In this document: piece after piece, positions 28,510-42,610 of the stretch | Numbering within the stretch: the first letter of the stretch is position 1 | Layout: each line of letters starts with the position of its first letter | DNA from: Octopus vulgaris | Taxonomy: Eukaryota | Assembly (NCBI GenBank): GCA_951406725.2 | Contig: OX597837.1 | Location: forward strand, 9,052,001 to 9,116,000 | Length of the DNA stretch: 64,000 nucleotides | Reading direction: 5' to 3' | The notes under the pieces: model-generated | Told to the model about the DNA's origin: nothing | The model's database searches: none | What the model saw: only the letters and a program-made list of their open reading frames with translations | Program-made: the position numbers and the translations under genes

Positions 28510-29075
28510 TTTCTACTACTACTACTACAACCACAACTACTACTACAACTATTATTAGTACTAACAACACCAACAACGCAACACTACCACTACAGCTACC
28601 TCCACCACCAACAACACTACTACTGCTAATACTACTACTATTACTACTACAACTACTACCTCTTCCACCCCAGCTACCACCACCTCCACCATCACTACCA
28701 ACAATACTGCTACTACTACCACTACTACTAAAACTACCACCACCTCCACCACCACCACCATTACTACTACTACTACTACTACTACTACTCAAAGGAAACG
28801 TCAACAAACATATAATGCTATGCCAGACGTTCTATCATTGAATCGAAGCAATAACTTTTAAAATAACGTTTTAAAAATATTCTTATCAGATCAAATGTAC
28901 GATTTATAATCATTGACAATTTAGTTAAATCTAACAAAAGAGTTCAATTTTTTTTTTATCCAAATGTAGTATTTCACCAATATTTTCGTGGTATTATATA
29001 TAGCGCTATCTACTTCGAGTTCAACCCCTAAAAAGAAAAATATTTAAAAACTCTCCATTTTGTGATAAATATAAA

Positions 29076-29373
29076 TCTTTATATATAAAAGTGAAGTTGT
29101 GTGTCTGTTTCCTACGATTTAGATTCCTAACTACTCCCACATTTGCGTTGCAGTTTAACCAAAAGCGGTATCTTATAGTCGTGATTCATATCGAGCCCTT
29201 CTGTGTATTAGCGCGCGTCTACGATGAGTCTACAATTAAAAAAAAAAATTACAATCATTTTTTCCCATTTTTAATGCATTTTCGGTCGGTTTATATAAGG
29301 GAAGTAACTCTATATAAATGCTTATATAGTAATTTCCCTTACAAACCCGAGCAACGCCGGGCGATACTGCTAG
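29076..29373 (+). mobile_element. Complete 298-bp non-autonomous Helitron
   Basis: Starts TC (29076), ends CTAG (29370-29373), inserted between A and T with no TSD, subterminal CCCG-agcaacgc-CGGG hairpin. Confidence 0.85.
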
Positions 29374-29769
29374 TAATATATAAACGAAAGGTCGGTCTCA
29401 GGTGAAAAACCTTTGATCGTAGGTCTATTCGATCTTGATTGAATAGGGGTTAAATAACACCCCCTGTCAACAAGACCAAATACATCCTCACCCCCACCAG
29501 AACTAACGCCAATACCAACATATACAACAATGTTAAGGAAAAGTAAAGTTTATTGCAATTATATACTTTCAATGAATATTTTCTTTGTGATTAATAACAT
29601 TACAACTTTTTACCTGATTAATTATTCTCTCTGTTCGAACTTATTGATCAGGTCTTTTCATTCGATCAGTGTAAGCGAATGAATAAGTTATGCAACAAAG
29701 ATCAAACGCAATAAACTTTACTTATGTATACATGCATGTATGTAGTATCTATACATATGTATATATACC

Positions 29770-29885
<116 letters not shown>

Positions 29886-30025
29886 AATATATATGTGTGT
29901 ATATATGTGTATATTTAAAGATATGTATGTATACATATATGTATACAGATGTGTATATATATATATATACATGTATATATAGAAATACGTATGTATGTAT
30001 ACAGATGTATATATAGGTATATATA

Positions 30026-30071
<46 letters not shown>

Positions 30072-30293
30072 TATATATATGCGTACGTATATATATATAT
30101 ATATGAATATAATGGTGTGTATATATACATATGTATGTCTATACATAAATATATATAAATATACACAGATATACATCAGCATGTATATATAAATATATAT
30201 GTGTATATATATATATATATACAAAGAGAGATGTATAATAGTTATGTATCTTTGTGTGTGTGTGCTAGTGTGTGTGTGCTAGTGTGTGTGTAT

Positions 30294-30330
<37 letters not shown>

Positions 30331-30509
30331 TGTGTCTGTGTGTGTGTGTGTGTGTGTGTACATGCTTCTTTCTGTGCGTATAAGTGTGAAAAGAAATAAC
30401 AGAAAAACAAAACAGTGACGGTCAACAGAAATTACAGCACTTTCATCTGTCGAATCTTCAGAAATACATTATGCAGTGTGAATGTATGTATATGGACGTA
30501 CACACACAT

Positions 30510-30546
<37 letters not shown>

Positions 30547-30681
30547 TATGTATATATAGACTTAGATATAACTATACATGTATGTATATACTGTATGTGT
30601 GTATGAATATGTGTAAATGTGAGGTGGTATGAAACTGTGGGAATAGTACTCAATACATGTAGTAGAGTTTTATTTATTCAT

Positions 30682-30756
30682 CACCGCAGATGATATACTC
30701 CGCCTTCAAGTCATCGTCTTGGGAATGTTTGAAGGTGGAGTGTATCATCTACAGCG
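30682..30756 (-). ncRNA. Candidate pre-miRNA-like hairpin
   Basis: 22-bp core stem (30688-30709 with 30729-30750). On minus it extends 6 bp basally via G-U pairs (cgcugu/gcggug) and about 4 bp apically, about 32 bp in total. Strand not certain. Confidence 0.4.
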
Positions 30757-31499
30757 TCTGTTTTCACCATTCTCTTCTGACGGTTTCCAAAGTCTGTAAC
30801 TGATGCAAGCGGTCTATATATATATATATATATATAAACATAAACACACACACACGTACACACAGGCACATACACGTACACAAATATATACACGTAATGT
30901 AATAAACACAACTCTGTTTCTTTTTAGATCTAAGAACTCTAAACACTAATGAATTCTAGATCCGAAGTTTTCAGCGGTTGTATGCATGTGGCTAAGTTCA
31001 TGTTGACTAATTGGTAAGTGTAGACCTGTCCAGATTGAATAACTGTATCACAGACTCTAAGCCACTATTTTTCCAGCGCCTTATATTTTACGATCTAAGG
31101 GAAAATAATTCTAATTCTCCCCGCACCCTTCGTTTCATTCTGTTGTCTTTTTCTTTTTCCGGTTTTTCAACACTCCACCACCCTTTCTATCTATTTCTTT
31201 TTCAACTTTTCTTGCTTTTTCTCTCAACCTATCGTCCTATTTCTGGTCCGTTATGCTATATTTCTGGACAGGGGCTGATGATTGTGCTAGGACGACAGAC
31301 GTGTTAAAAAATATGGTCTGGCATGCTCTCAGCTCATGAAACTAATAATAGCACATAATACACCCACTCACACACACACACACATACACACACAGAGACA
31401 CACAAAGACACAGCTGTACACACACACACATATTTGTGTTTATAGAGTTTCCTATTGCGAGTTGATTTCCAGCCAGCTGTAGAATTTTCAATGTTGAAT

Positions 31500-32300
31500 G
31501 AAAAGGGGAACGTCTCCTCCAAGAAGAATCCCGTGCTGTCATAGCGGAAACATGATCTAATAAGATGGAATAGTCCAGTCAATAATCATTTGAACGGAAA
31601 CACAGTGCACTGCTAACCATTGCTTGCGAGGTCTGCTCGAGACCGACTACGATAATTTGGCAAATCCTTAGACTCTATACATGGAACAGGAGTGGAACAT
31701 TTTCTACTCTTTAGGTACTGAAAGAGACTCACAGAAATTGCCCAGAAGCTTGCACGCTGCGCCTTAACGCTGGTAAGAAGATCAGGTGCTCAATGTGGTT
31801 TTAACGGGTGATGGTAACATTTTACCAGGAAGGACGCCCTCACATTTCCAGAAGCCCATTGCACTGGAATATCAACTACTGTGCTTACTTCTAACAGCCT
31901 CAATCTGACAGTTGAGAGTTTGGCTTGTTAAGCAACTGAACTTCCCAGATCACGTTTTATTAACGACAATTCACAGAGACCTTTTCGTCTACTCAGATTC
32001 CAACAGGTACATATACACGGGAAAAAGAACTGCTCCATGGGAATAGTAAATGGAGGAATATTGACAAATGGTAGGGTAGGGCAGAAACGTAGAGTGGCAG
32101 TCATATTGAGAGCCAATACACGGAGGCTGCCGGCATTTTGTGGAGAACTCATACAACAAGGCTCTGAATGGCGCTGGCGTTACTAGGGTAGCAAGGTAGA
32201 GGACCATATGCTCCATCACGGTGGAGCCAAAAATGGGTTTGGATACAGAAGTCAAGACTATCAAACACGTTTCTCATGATGGATCCCAGACCGACCGATA
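31500..32300 (-). mobile_element. Probable degenerate LINE (CR1/L2-like) relic
   Basis: GC-balanced complex sequence without a long ORF. Minus-strand QFFFPCICTCWNLS resembles the C-terminal FF.R....WN.LP motif. Confidence 0.35.
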
Positions 32301-32551
32301 CATGTAACTTAGAATAAAAACAAATAAGTACACACGTTAGAAATATGCATAATTTACATGTAGATTACTTTTGTATTGCGACATATGAAGATATACCATT
32401 ACGGATTCAAAATTTAAAAAAAACAAATACAATAATATTTCTAGAAACTGAATGGCGGCTGGGATAATGTTTCATGAAAGAAATTAATTTATGAACATAA
32501 CAAACTAACAAATTCCATACTTTCGTATTGTAAAAAGAAAAAATTCTATAC

Positions 32552-32585
<34 letters not shown>

Positions 32586-33339
32586 GCACTTATGTATATA
32601 TGTATACACATATATATATATGTATATATATATATAGACATACATGCAAGTATCATATCGTGTATAATATACCTATATATCTATATCTATATATGTATGT
32701 ATTTATGTATGTATGTATGTATGTATGTATGTATGTATGTATGTATGTATGTATATTTGTTGTTTTAGTGTATAATGTTAATGTATTTATCTAATTTACA
32801 GCAAAAAAAATTTTCGAATCCCTCGTGTAAAAAATATCATCAAATGTGAAATAATTACTAATTATGTTTTGCGTTTAAATACTGCTGCTTTCTGCTATTA
32901 ATATTTACAAACCTATTTAGATGAAAGAAATATGGCGGATGAACGGCGTGAAACATAAGCAAAGGAAAGAAGACAAGAAGAAGAACAAGAACAATAATAT
33001 CAATAAGAACTGCACCAACACATGAGAGACACATGAGAGAAAATAAATTGAAACAAAAATTAATAAACACTCGTATATATTTGTATCCACAACCAAAGGC
33101 GCGCGCAAGCAGGCACGCATATACACACACACATGTTCATTCGGGAGCGGGCGCAGGTATACATACTCACGCGCGAACACAAACATACATACGTGTACAC
33201 ACACTAACACATACATATATGCCAGTATCTACATTCATGTAAAAAAAACATCATATACCTAAGTATGTATCTCTACCAGAGCATGGTAAGTGGCATAAGT
33301 ATATATATAAATATATATATAGATAGGTAGATAGATAGG

Positions 33340-33382
<43 letters not shown>

Positions 33383-33390
33383 ATAGATGC

Positions 33391-33423
<33 letters not shown>

Positions 33424-33480
33424 GAGATATACGTTAACACACATCCACATGAACACGCATATATATAGATAGATAGATAG

Positions 33481-33563
<83 letters not shown>

Positions 33564-33662
33564 GAAATATTAGGGAATAAATCCAAACTTACAGGGAAAA
33601 ATCAGATTTAGGATTGAATCCAATTTTATAGTAAAATATTATATTATATTAAATATAATTTA

Positions 33663-33722
<60 letters not shown>

Positions 33723-33811
33723 GAGAATTCACAAAAAATCAAAAGACGAAGACAGGTGGTGTAGACAACAAAGAGTTTTATTACTATAACGCTCAGGAAG
33801 TGAAAAAAGTA

Positions 33812-33845
33812 TTTAACGTTTCGAGCCTACGCTCTTCCACAGAAA
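33812..33845 (-). ncRNA. Variant minimal hammerhead motif within a Penelope-like terminal repeat relic (about 33720-33915)
   Basis: Minus strand UUU-CUGUGGA-A-GAGC guag GCUC-GAAACGUUAAA. The core has U at position 6. Confidence 0.5.
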
Positions 33846-33988
33846 GGAACATAGAAAGAAACAAGGAGAAAGAACTAAAGAATGTGTAGTGGCTAGCGAT
33901 TTATCATGGCGAATCCATCATATATATATACATACATATATATATGTATATATATATATACATACATACCTATCTATCTATCTGACTA

Positions 33989-34153
<165 letters not shown>

Positions 34154-34187
34154 ATACATACATACATATATATATATATATTTATAT

Positions 34188-34246
<59 letters not shown>

Positions 34247-34740
34247 AATACTTACACTCCTGCCTGTGCGCGTCTTCTAGGTCACAGTTTCCTAATCGTT
34301 GATTTTCTACCGTTAATATAATGATCTCTGCGTTCGTGTCCCCATTAATCAATCACAGGTTCGCCGTATGCGTCTCTGTTGTCATTATCATTTCTAAATC
34401 AGACTCCGACAGCATCCATTCTAATTGGCATGTCCTATATTACCTTACTAGAATATTATTTTTGTCTTATATCTTTACTGAACTTTCAGAAGGATGAACA
34501 TTTCTAAAATGTAAACTATATAGCATCAATTTGATTGAAAATGTTACGCGTGTAGAGAACACAGGCACACATTCACCCTGTAAAGCCGGTGAAGCTTTTT
34601 ATTATTTCGTTTTGTATAAAAATAGAATCCACCATATTAGTATATTTGTAAATTACAGACATTTGCATACCTATGATGTGCGTCTGTGTGACAGTTTGTG
34701 GGCATGCGTGCATTGCGTGACTGTGTCTGTGTGTATCATA

Positions 34741-34900
<160 letters not shown>

Positions 34901-35551
34901 CAAATTTGAGATAAAGCCACCACTAGGCAAATCAAACAGTGACAATCATAAGCCAATACATAGAAATAAGATATGAAAATCCAATTAAAATATTTAAACT
35001 AAAGTTAAAATTTTAAGAAATTAGTTAAATTAATAAATTAAACTTATAAATTTTAAATATATATATATATACATATATATATTTATTATTATTTTATTTA
35101 TTTATTTATTTATTTATTTTTTAAATTTTAAACTATCAAAAAGTATTAAAAGTTTAACATATATATGTTTATATATACACACATATATATACATATACAT
35201 ATATATGTATATATAATATATAAATATATGCATACATACATATATTTACGTACGTGCATCTATATGTATATATACATGCATATATGGGTACAGGACACCA
35301 AGAAAACGTTGGACACAATGAGAAACGAAAACATAAAAACAAAAATATGGAAACGAACTTGTTTTCAAATAACGAAAAAGCAGAATACAAGATATACAAC
35401 AGAAGGAATATTCCCCTTCTGCAGTTGTTCCTGTTTCGTCTACTCCGCTTTTGATACGGGCAGTTATGCACCGTCTTTGAGAAAAAAAGTTAGAAATTTG
35501 GAAACAACACGCTCTAAAGCTTGCCATTCGCGCCGGAAGCTCCTATACGAG

Positions 35552-36034
35552 CAGATACTGAACGCACAGAACAATCTTTGGTTTGCCATGACCCCCAAAA
35601 CATGTACTGGGAGTGATAATAATCAAACCTCCAGTCAACATGATGGTGTTTTGAGTGATCACTAGTGAAGCGACGTTATGCCTCCATTCGTCTTCCCACA
35701 CGGCCTCAGACTTAACACGAAGCCCTACATGAGGTGCTTCGAGGAGAGAGGGCTGCCCTGGGTCAAGCGGGTGGCTGCTAAATGACCCTATGTATGACAA
35801 AAGGACTCTGCATCATGCCACAGAAGCAGAAGAACCCGGTCATGGCTGACAGGCAATTTCAGTGATAACATCACCCCTAACATCAGGCCATCTAACTCCC
35901 CAAACTGCAATCCCCTTGATTATTATGTAAGGATCACAGTTGAGCAAGAGACCAACAAAACTCCTTGTCACACCAAAGATGAACTGAAGGCAAGGATTAT
36001 GGCAGCATTCACCAACTTAAACAAGGAGACCGTC
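35552..36034 (+). mobile_element. C-terminal half of Tc1/mariner DD37D (maT) transposase pseudogene
   Basis: NAQNNLWFA...MMVF...PPFVFPHGLRLN...LPWVKRVAA...KDSASCH...SNSPNCNPLDYY...KDELKARI. 37 residues counted between the second and third Asp. In-frame stops present. Confidence 0.9.
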
Positions 36035-36799
36035 TACACTAACACACGCACACACAAACGCACGCGCACACTCACACACGCACACGTACACACACATACA
36101 CAAACATGAACACATACACAGGCATACACACCCGCACGCACACATGCACACAGACACGCACTCACACACACGCACGCACCAGTATCCATTGCCACACACA
36201 TAAACACACGCACACATACAAACACGAGCAAACACGCACCCACACATACACACATGCATATACACACATACATGCACACACACACACACGTACATACACG
36301 CACACGTACACACACATAAACACATACAAAGACACGCGCAAACACGCATGCATACGTACATACACACACACATATACGTACACACACGCGCACGTACACA
36401 CACAGTCACACACATAAACACACATACAAATACATGCGCAAACAAGCACGCTACACATACATACATGCACACATACACGCACACGTACACACAGTGTCAC
36501 ACACATAAACACATACAAACACACGCGCAAACCCGCATGCACACATACGTGCACACACACACACACATACGCACACACAGAGTCACACACATACAAATAC
36601 ATGCGCAAACACGCACGCTACACATACACACATGCATACACACATACATGCACACACACACGCACACGTACACACACACACACCGTCAACAACACCAACG
36701 ACAATAATAACACCTCCTACCGCCCCTCTTGTTGCTGCTGCTGCTGCTGCTGCCACTGCTGTCCTCCGGAGAGAGATAGTGAGAGGAGCCTCACTCGTT

Positions 36800-36945
36800 G
36801 AAGCAGTGACACCAAAATGGCTGCGTACTTATATAAGGGGAAGCCATGTTGACTTGCTTAGTCGCTGGTTTCCATGACGACTTCGATGACGTCAGACGTA
36901 ATTTACTAATGAGAATTGTCCGGTTATTTCTCTAATGCTGATTGG
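36800..36945 (-). promoter_or_regulatory. Candidate RNA Pol II core and proximal promoter firing leftward
   Basis: TATATAAG (36835-36828, inside palindrome CTTATATAAG), Inr-like TCACT with A at 36807, RFX X-box-like GTTTCCATGACGAC 36868-36881, full CRE TGACGTCA 36887-36894, CCAAT/Y-box CTGATTGG 36938-36945, YY1-like CAAAATGGCTGC 36813-36824. Confidence 0.65.
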
Positions 36946-37044
36946 ATTTCGTTAATCGGATAAATGAGAGATAAACAAGAAGAATGACAAAATGAGACAA
37001 TGAATGTTTCAATAAGGAGTTCTGGTAGTGTAGATACACACAGG

Positions 37045-38435
37045 GTAGGAATAATGGTGATGGTGGTGGTTGTGGTAGTGGTCGCGTTAGTGGTGCTGGT
37101 TGCAGTTCTGGTGATGGTGGTAGTGGTGGTGTTTGGAACTATGATGGTTGTAGTTGTTGTGGTAATGTTTGGAGCGGTTGTGGTGGTGGTGGTGGTGGTG
37201 GTGGTGGTGCCGGTGGTGGTGGTAGTGCTGGTGGTGGTGGTAGTGGTGGTTGTGGTAGTGGTCACGTTAGTGGTGCTGGTTGCAGTTCTGGTGATGGTGG
37301 TAGTGGTGGTGTTTGGGACTACGGTGGTTGTAGGTGTTGTGGTAATGGTTGGAGCGGTTGTGGTGGTGGAGGTGGAGGTGATGGTGGTGGTGCTGGTGGT
37401 GGTGGTGGTGGTAGTGGTGGTTGTGGTAGTGGTCGCGTTAGTGGTGCTGGCTGCAGTTCTGGTGATGGTGGTAGTGGTGGTGTTTGGGACTACGGTGGTT
37501 GTAGTTGTTGTGGTAAAGGTTGGCGCGGTTGTGGTGGTGGTGGTGGTGGTGGTGGTGGTGGTGGTGGTGGTAGTGGTGGTTGTGGTAGTGGTCGCGTTAG
37601 TGGTGCTGGTTGCAGTTCTGGTGATGGTGGTAGTGGTGGTGTTTGGGACTACGGTGGTTGTAGTTGTGGTAAAGGTTGGAGCAATTGTGTTGGTGGTGGT
37701 GGTGGTGGTAGTGGTCGCGTTAGTGGTGCTGGTTGCAGTTCTGGTGATGGTGGTAGTGGTGGTGTTTGGGACTACGGTGGTTGTAGTTGTTGTTGTTGTT
37801 GTGGTGGTGGTGGTGGTGGTGGTGCCGGTGGTGGTGGTAGTGCTGGTGGTGGTGGTAGTGGTGGTTGTGGTAGTGGTCACGTTAGTGGTGCTGGTTGCAG
37901 TTCTGGTGATGGTGGTAGTGGTGGTGTTTGGGACTACGGTGGTTGTAGGTGTTGTGGTAATGGTTGGAGCGGTTGTGGTGGTGGAGGTGGAGGTGATGGT
38001 GGTGGTGCTGGTGGTGGTGGTGGTGGTAGTGGTGGTTGTGGTAGTGGTCGCGTTAGTGGTGCTGGCTGCAGTTCTGGTGATGGTGGTAGTGGTGGTGTTT
38101 GGGACTACGGTGGTTGTAGTTGTTGTGGTAAAGGTGGTGCTGGTGGTGGTGGTGGTGGTGGTGGTGGTGTGGTGGTGGTGGTAGTGGTGGTTGTGGTCAA
38201 ATGGTTGCAGTTAGTGGTGCTGGTTGCAGTTCTGGTGATGGTGGTAGTGGTGGTGTTTGGGACTACGGTGGTTGTAGTTGTGGTAAAGGTTGGAGCAATT
38301 GTGTTGGTGGTGGTGGTGGTGGTAGTGGTCGCGTTAGTGGTGCTGGTTGCAGTTCTGGTGAGGGTGGCAGTGGTGATGTTTGGGACTACGGTGGTTGTAG
38401 TTGTTGTTGTGGTGGTGGTGGTGGTGGCAGTGGAT
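37045..38435. repeat. Higher-order (GGT/ACC) minisatellite, nine units of about 120-180 bp plus a 615-bp super-repeat
   Basis: Core gttagtggtgctggttgcagttctggtgatggtggtagtggtggtgtttgggactacgg occurs nine times. ggtgccggt at about 37206 and 37821 marks the super-repeat. Confidence 0.9.
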
Positions 38436-38439
38436 CTGG

Positions 38440-38780
38440 TTACGTTCTGAGTTCAAATTCCGCCGAGGTCGACTTTGCCTTTCATCGTTTCGGGGTCGAT
38501 TAGATAAGTACCAATTACACACTGGGGTTGATATGATCGACTCAATCCGTTTGTCTGTCCTTGTTTGTCTCCTCTGTGTTTAGCCCCTTGTGGGTAGTAA
38601 AGAAATAGGTATTTCGTATGCCGCTACGTTCTGAGTTCAAATTCCACCGAAGTCGACTTCGCCTTTCATCCTTTCGGGGTCGATAAATTAATTAAATACC
38701 AGTTGCGTACTGGTGTCGATCTAATCGACTGGCCACCTCCCCCAAAATTTCGGGCCTCGTGCCTAGAGTGGGAAAGAATA
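38440..38780 (+). mobile_element. SINE family A dimer
   Basis: gttacgttctgagttcaaattccgccgaggtcgac...gtaaagaaata|ggtatttcgt junction at about 38607. Confidence 0.85.
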
Positions 38781-39171
38781 TTCATAATTTCCTCGCTAGT
38801 GGTTCCCAATATGCAAATGTAAGCTTGTAAGTTTGAAATCACTTAGTTTTTGAGCTATCACATAGTATTTTTAAAAACCTATTTTCATAATTTAAGATAA
38901 TTCAGAGTAAAGTAACTTTTCGGCAACGTGGTAGAGAATTTCTCTTTCTGCTACATCGAAGGACATTTCATCTAAAAAGACAAATGACATTTAAAAATGT
39001 CTCAAGAGAAAACATTGTTCACTTTTGGATAATATTGAGAAGCCTATAAACAACCTGAAAGATTATTTTCATAAAACTGGAGGGATAGCAAAATAATAAT
39101 GACAGTATTTTTCCTAAGGTAATAGTCGATAAAATTATTATTATCATTATTATTATTATTATTATTATTAA

Positions 39172-39262
<91 letters not shown>

Positions 39263-39328
39263 TTCATTATCAATATTATCGTTATTATTATTATTGTCAT
39301 CATCATCATCATCATTATTATTATTATT

Positions 39329-39367
<39 letters not shown>

Positions 39368-39515
39368 CTTGTTGTTGATGTTTCCGTTATTATTATCATT
39401 ATTATTATTATTACTATCATTTATATCATAGTTGTTGTTGTTGTTATACTGTTATTGTTGTTGTTATTATTATTATTATTATTATCATCATTATCATCAT
39501 TATTATTATTATTAA

Positions 39516-39560
<45 letters not shown>

Positions 39561-39607
39561 GATTATTATCATTATTATTATTATTATTACTATTATTATT
39601 ATTACTA

Positions 39608-39657
<50 letters not shown>

Positions 39658-39929
39658 GCAGAAGTTTGGTAACGACGTACGTTCATCTCAACATATAATG
39701 ATGATGATGATGATGATTATGATGATGGTGGTGGTGGTGGTGGTGATGATGATGCTGCTGCTGATGATGAGGACGTTGGAGATGATGTTGATGATGATGG
39801 TTAGTTTTTAACATGTGATGATAATACGAATACATTAAGAAATTTGCAGAGGTATTCAACTGAAAAATGGTAAAGGTAGATTATGTAAGCTGTAGACTGT
39901 AACACATCAATGATGATGATGATGATGAG

Positions 39930-39963
<34 letters not shown>

Positions 39964-40109
39964 ATGATCAAGATGCTCATAATTTTGGCAACGATGATGG
40001 CAATGGCAATACTGGTGTGGCTGATGATGATGATGAAGGTCACGATGGTGACGATGTCGACGATATTGATGATGATGATGATGACGACGACGACGATGAT
40101 GACGATGAA

Positions 40110-40172
<63 letters not shown>

Positions 40173-40839
40173 GATAAGGACGATGATGATGACGATATCG
40201 ATATTAATGATATTAATGAATCAGTAGGTGTTGAAGAAGAAAGAGTGGAAGGAAGAGAAATAATTAAAATAATGGATTATTCACACAGACATGAAATTTC
40301 CTCTTCATATTATTAAGAGACGAAAAAAAGAAGAAAAAAGAAAAAACACTAAAGCAAAACGAAAAAAACAAATACAAAACAAAAATAAAATTCATACGAA
40401 ATACCGATAAAGAGAGAGGGGGAGAGAGAATGAGAGAGATAGAAATCAAAACGAAGTGTTTGCCTGGAGACGGTAGCCATTATTGCAACCATAATGTCCT
40501 CTGTAATGATTTTTGATGAACGAGAGGACGAGGACGAAGGTACTGCTGACGACGACCACGACGACAATGATAATGATGATGATGATGATGATGAGGAGGA
40601 GGAGGAGGAGGAGGAGGAGGAGGGGAGGTGGTCAAGTGATTTCGGGTTTAGTTCCACAGCGCAGAAACTTGGGCCTCTGCCGTCTACTGCAGCATCGGTC
40701 CAACCGGTGCACGATGTCTTCTTAGTGAATTTGATATGGGAGAAGTGGCTTCATCTTTGGATCGAATCGCAACAATTTCAGAGTAGCGGCTAAATCCAGC
40801 AACGGGTTCTTACTTTGTTGACTTCGATTTGATGAACTG

Positions 40840-41432
40840 CAAAGTCGACACTGGCGGAATTTGAACTGAGAACGCAAAGACTAAAGAGAATGTAGCAACA
40901 GACGAAATACCTATTTCTTTACTACCCAAAAGGGGCTAAACACAAAAGGGACAAATACCTCTGAGCATTTCGCGTGCTGATATTTCTTCCAACTCACCAC
41001 CTTACAATATATATTTCTTTACTACCCACAAGGGGCTAAACACAGAAGGGACAAACAAGGACAGACAAACGGATTAAGTCGATTATATCGACCCCAGTGC
41101 GTAACTGGTACTTAATTTATCGACCCGGAAAGGATGAAAGGTAAAGTCGACATCGGCGGAAATTGAACTTAGAAGGTAGCGGCAGACGAAATACCTATTT
41201 CTATTTCTTTACTACCCACAAGGGGTTAAACACAGAGGCGACAAACAAGGACAGACATAGGTATGAAGTCGATTACATCGACTCCAGTGCGTAACTGGTA
41301 CTTATTTAATCGACCCCGAAAGGATGAAAGGCAAGGTCGACCTCGGCGGAATTTGAACTCAGAAGGTAGCGGCAGACGAAAACCGCTAAGCATTTTGCTC
41401 GGCGCGCTAACGATTCTGTCAGCTCGCCACCT
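40840..41432 (-). mobile_element. SINE family A multimer cluster
   Basis: Repeated tatttctttactacccacaagggg units with gacgaaatacc|tattt junctions, and tRNA-like head at 41380-41432. Confidence 0.85.
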
Positions 41433-41809
41433 TCCCCCACACATATTCCTACACACCGCAAAATATTAAATGTTCCTGACATTTAACACAATGTGAATTA
41501 CCGAGGCATTCTCACTAATTTACAATGGATTTAATGAAACGAATGATCCATCTACTTATTCAAACAATTCTATTATAAACTTCTTCGTATTGTTGTCATT
41601 GTTTTGCTTCTTCTCATTTGACCTTAGATCAATCACTCCTACCAAATACATCTGTGTCGATAGACCTTTAATCGTCAATCACCATGCATAATTCTTTAGA
41701 CGTAGTGTACAACACAACGGAAAAAAAATGTTGTTTGTTCGGATGTTCCATTATATTTCGTACAATAAAAAAATATGGCATCTTCCACTGTTCCCGTTTA
41801 TTGAAGTAT

Positions 41810-42025
41810 CTATTTCTTTATTGCCCAAAGGGGGCTAAACATAGAGAGGACAAACAAGGAAAGGTATAGGTATTAAGTCGATTACATCGACCTCAATGCG
41901 TAACTGGTACTTATTTAATCGACCCTGAAAGGATGAAAAGCAAAGTCGACCTCAGCGGAATTTGAACTCGTAACGGTGGACGAAATACCGCTATGCATTT
42001 CGTCCGGTGTGCTAAAGATACTGCC
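41810..42025 (-). mobile_element. SINE family A monomer
   Basis: Same body as the other copies. Confidence 0.8.
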
Positions 42026-42141
42026 CTCTCTGGTTCATTGTAGTATTACCCCCCCCCCCACACACACACACATGTGTACATATACATGTATACATATATA
42101 TATATATAAATATATGTGTTTATATATATATATATATTTAA

Positions 42142-42234
<93 letters not shown>

Positions 42235-42242
42235 TTATATAT

Positions 42243-42610
42243 GGAGGCGTAAAGGCCCAGTGGTCAGGGCAGCGGCCTCGCGGTTGTTAAGATTGCGGTT
42301 TCGATTCCCAGACCGGGTGTTATGAGTGTTTATTGAGCGAAAATACTTAAACTTCACGAGACTTCGGCAGCGGGATGGTGGCGAACCCTGCTGTATTATT
42401 TTACCACAATTTTCTCTTACTCTTTCTTCCTGTTTCTGTTGTACCTGTATTCCAGAGGGTCAGCCTTGTCACAATCTGTGTCACGCAGAATCTCACCGAG
42501 AACTACGTCTTTGGAGTGCTCAGCCACTTGCACGTTAATTTCAACGAGCAGGCTATTCCGTTCATCGGATCAACTGAAACGCTCGTCATCGTAACTGACG
42601 GGATGCCACG
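42243..42610 (+). mobile_element. tRNA-derived SINE (family C)
   Basis: ggcccagtgg A-box-like and ggtttcgattccc B-box. 5' half shared with 54869-55160 but the 3' half differs. Confidence 0.85.
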
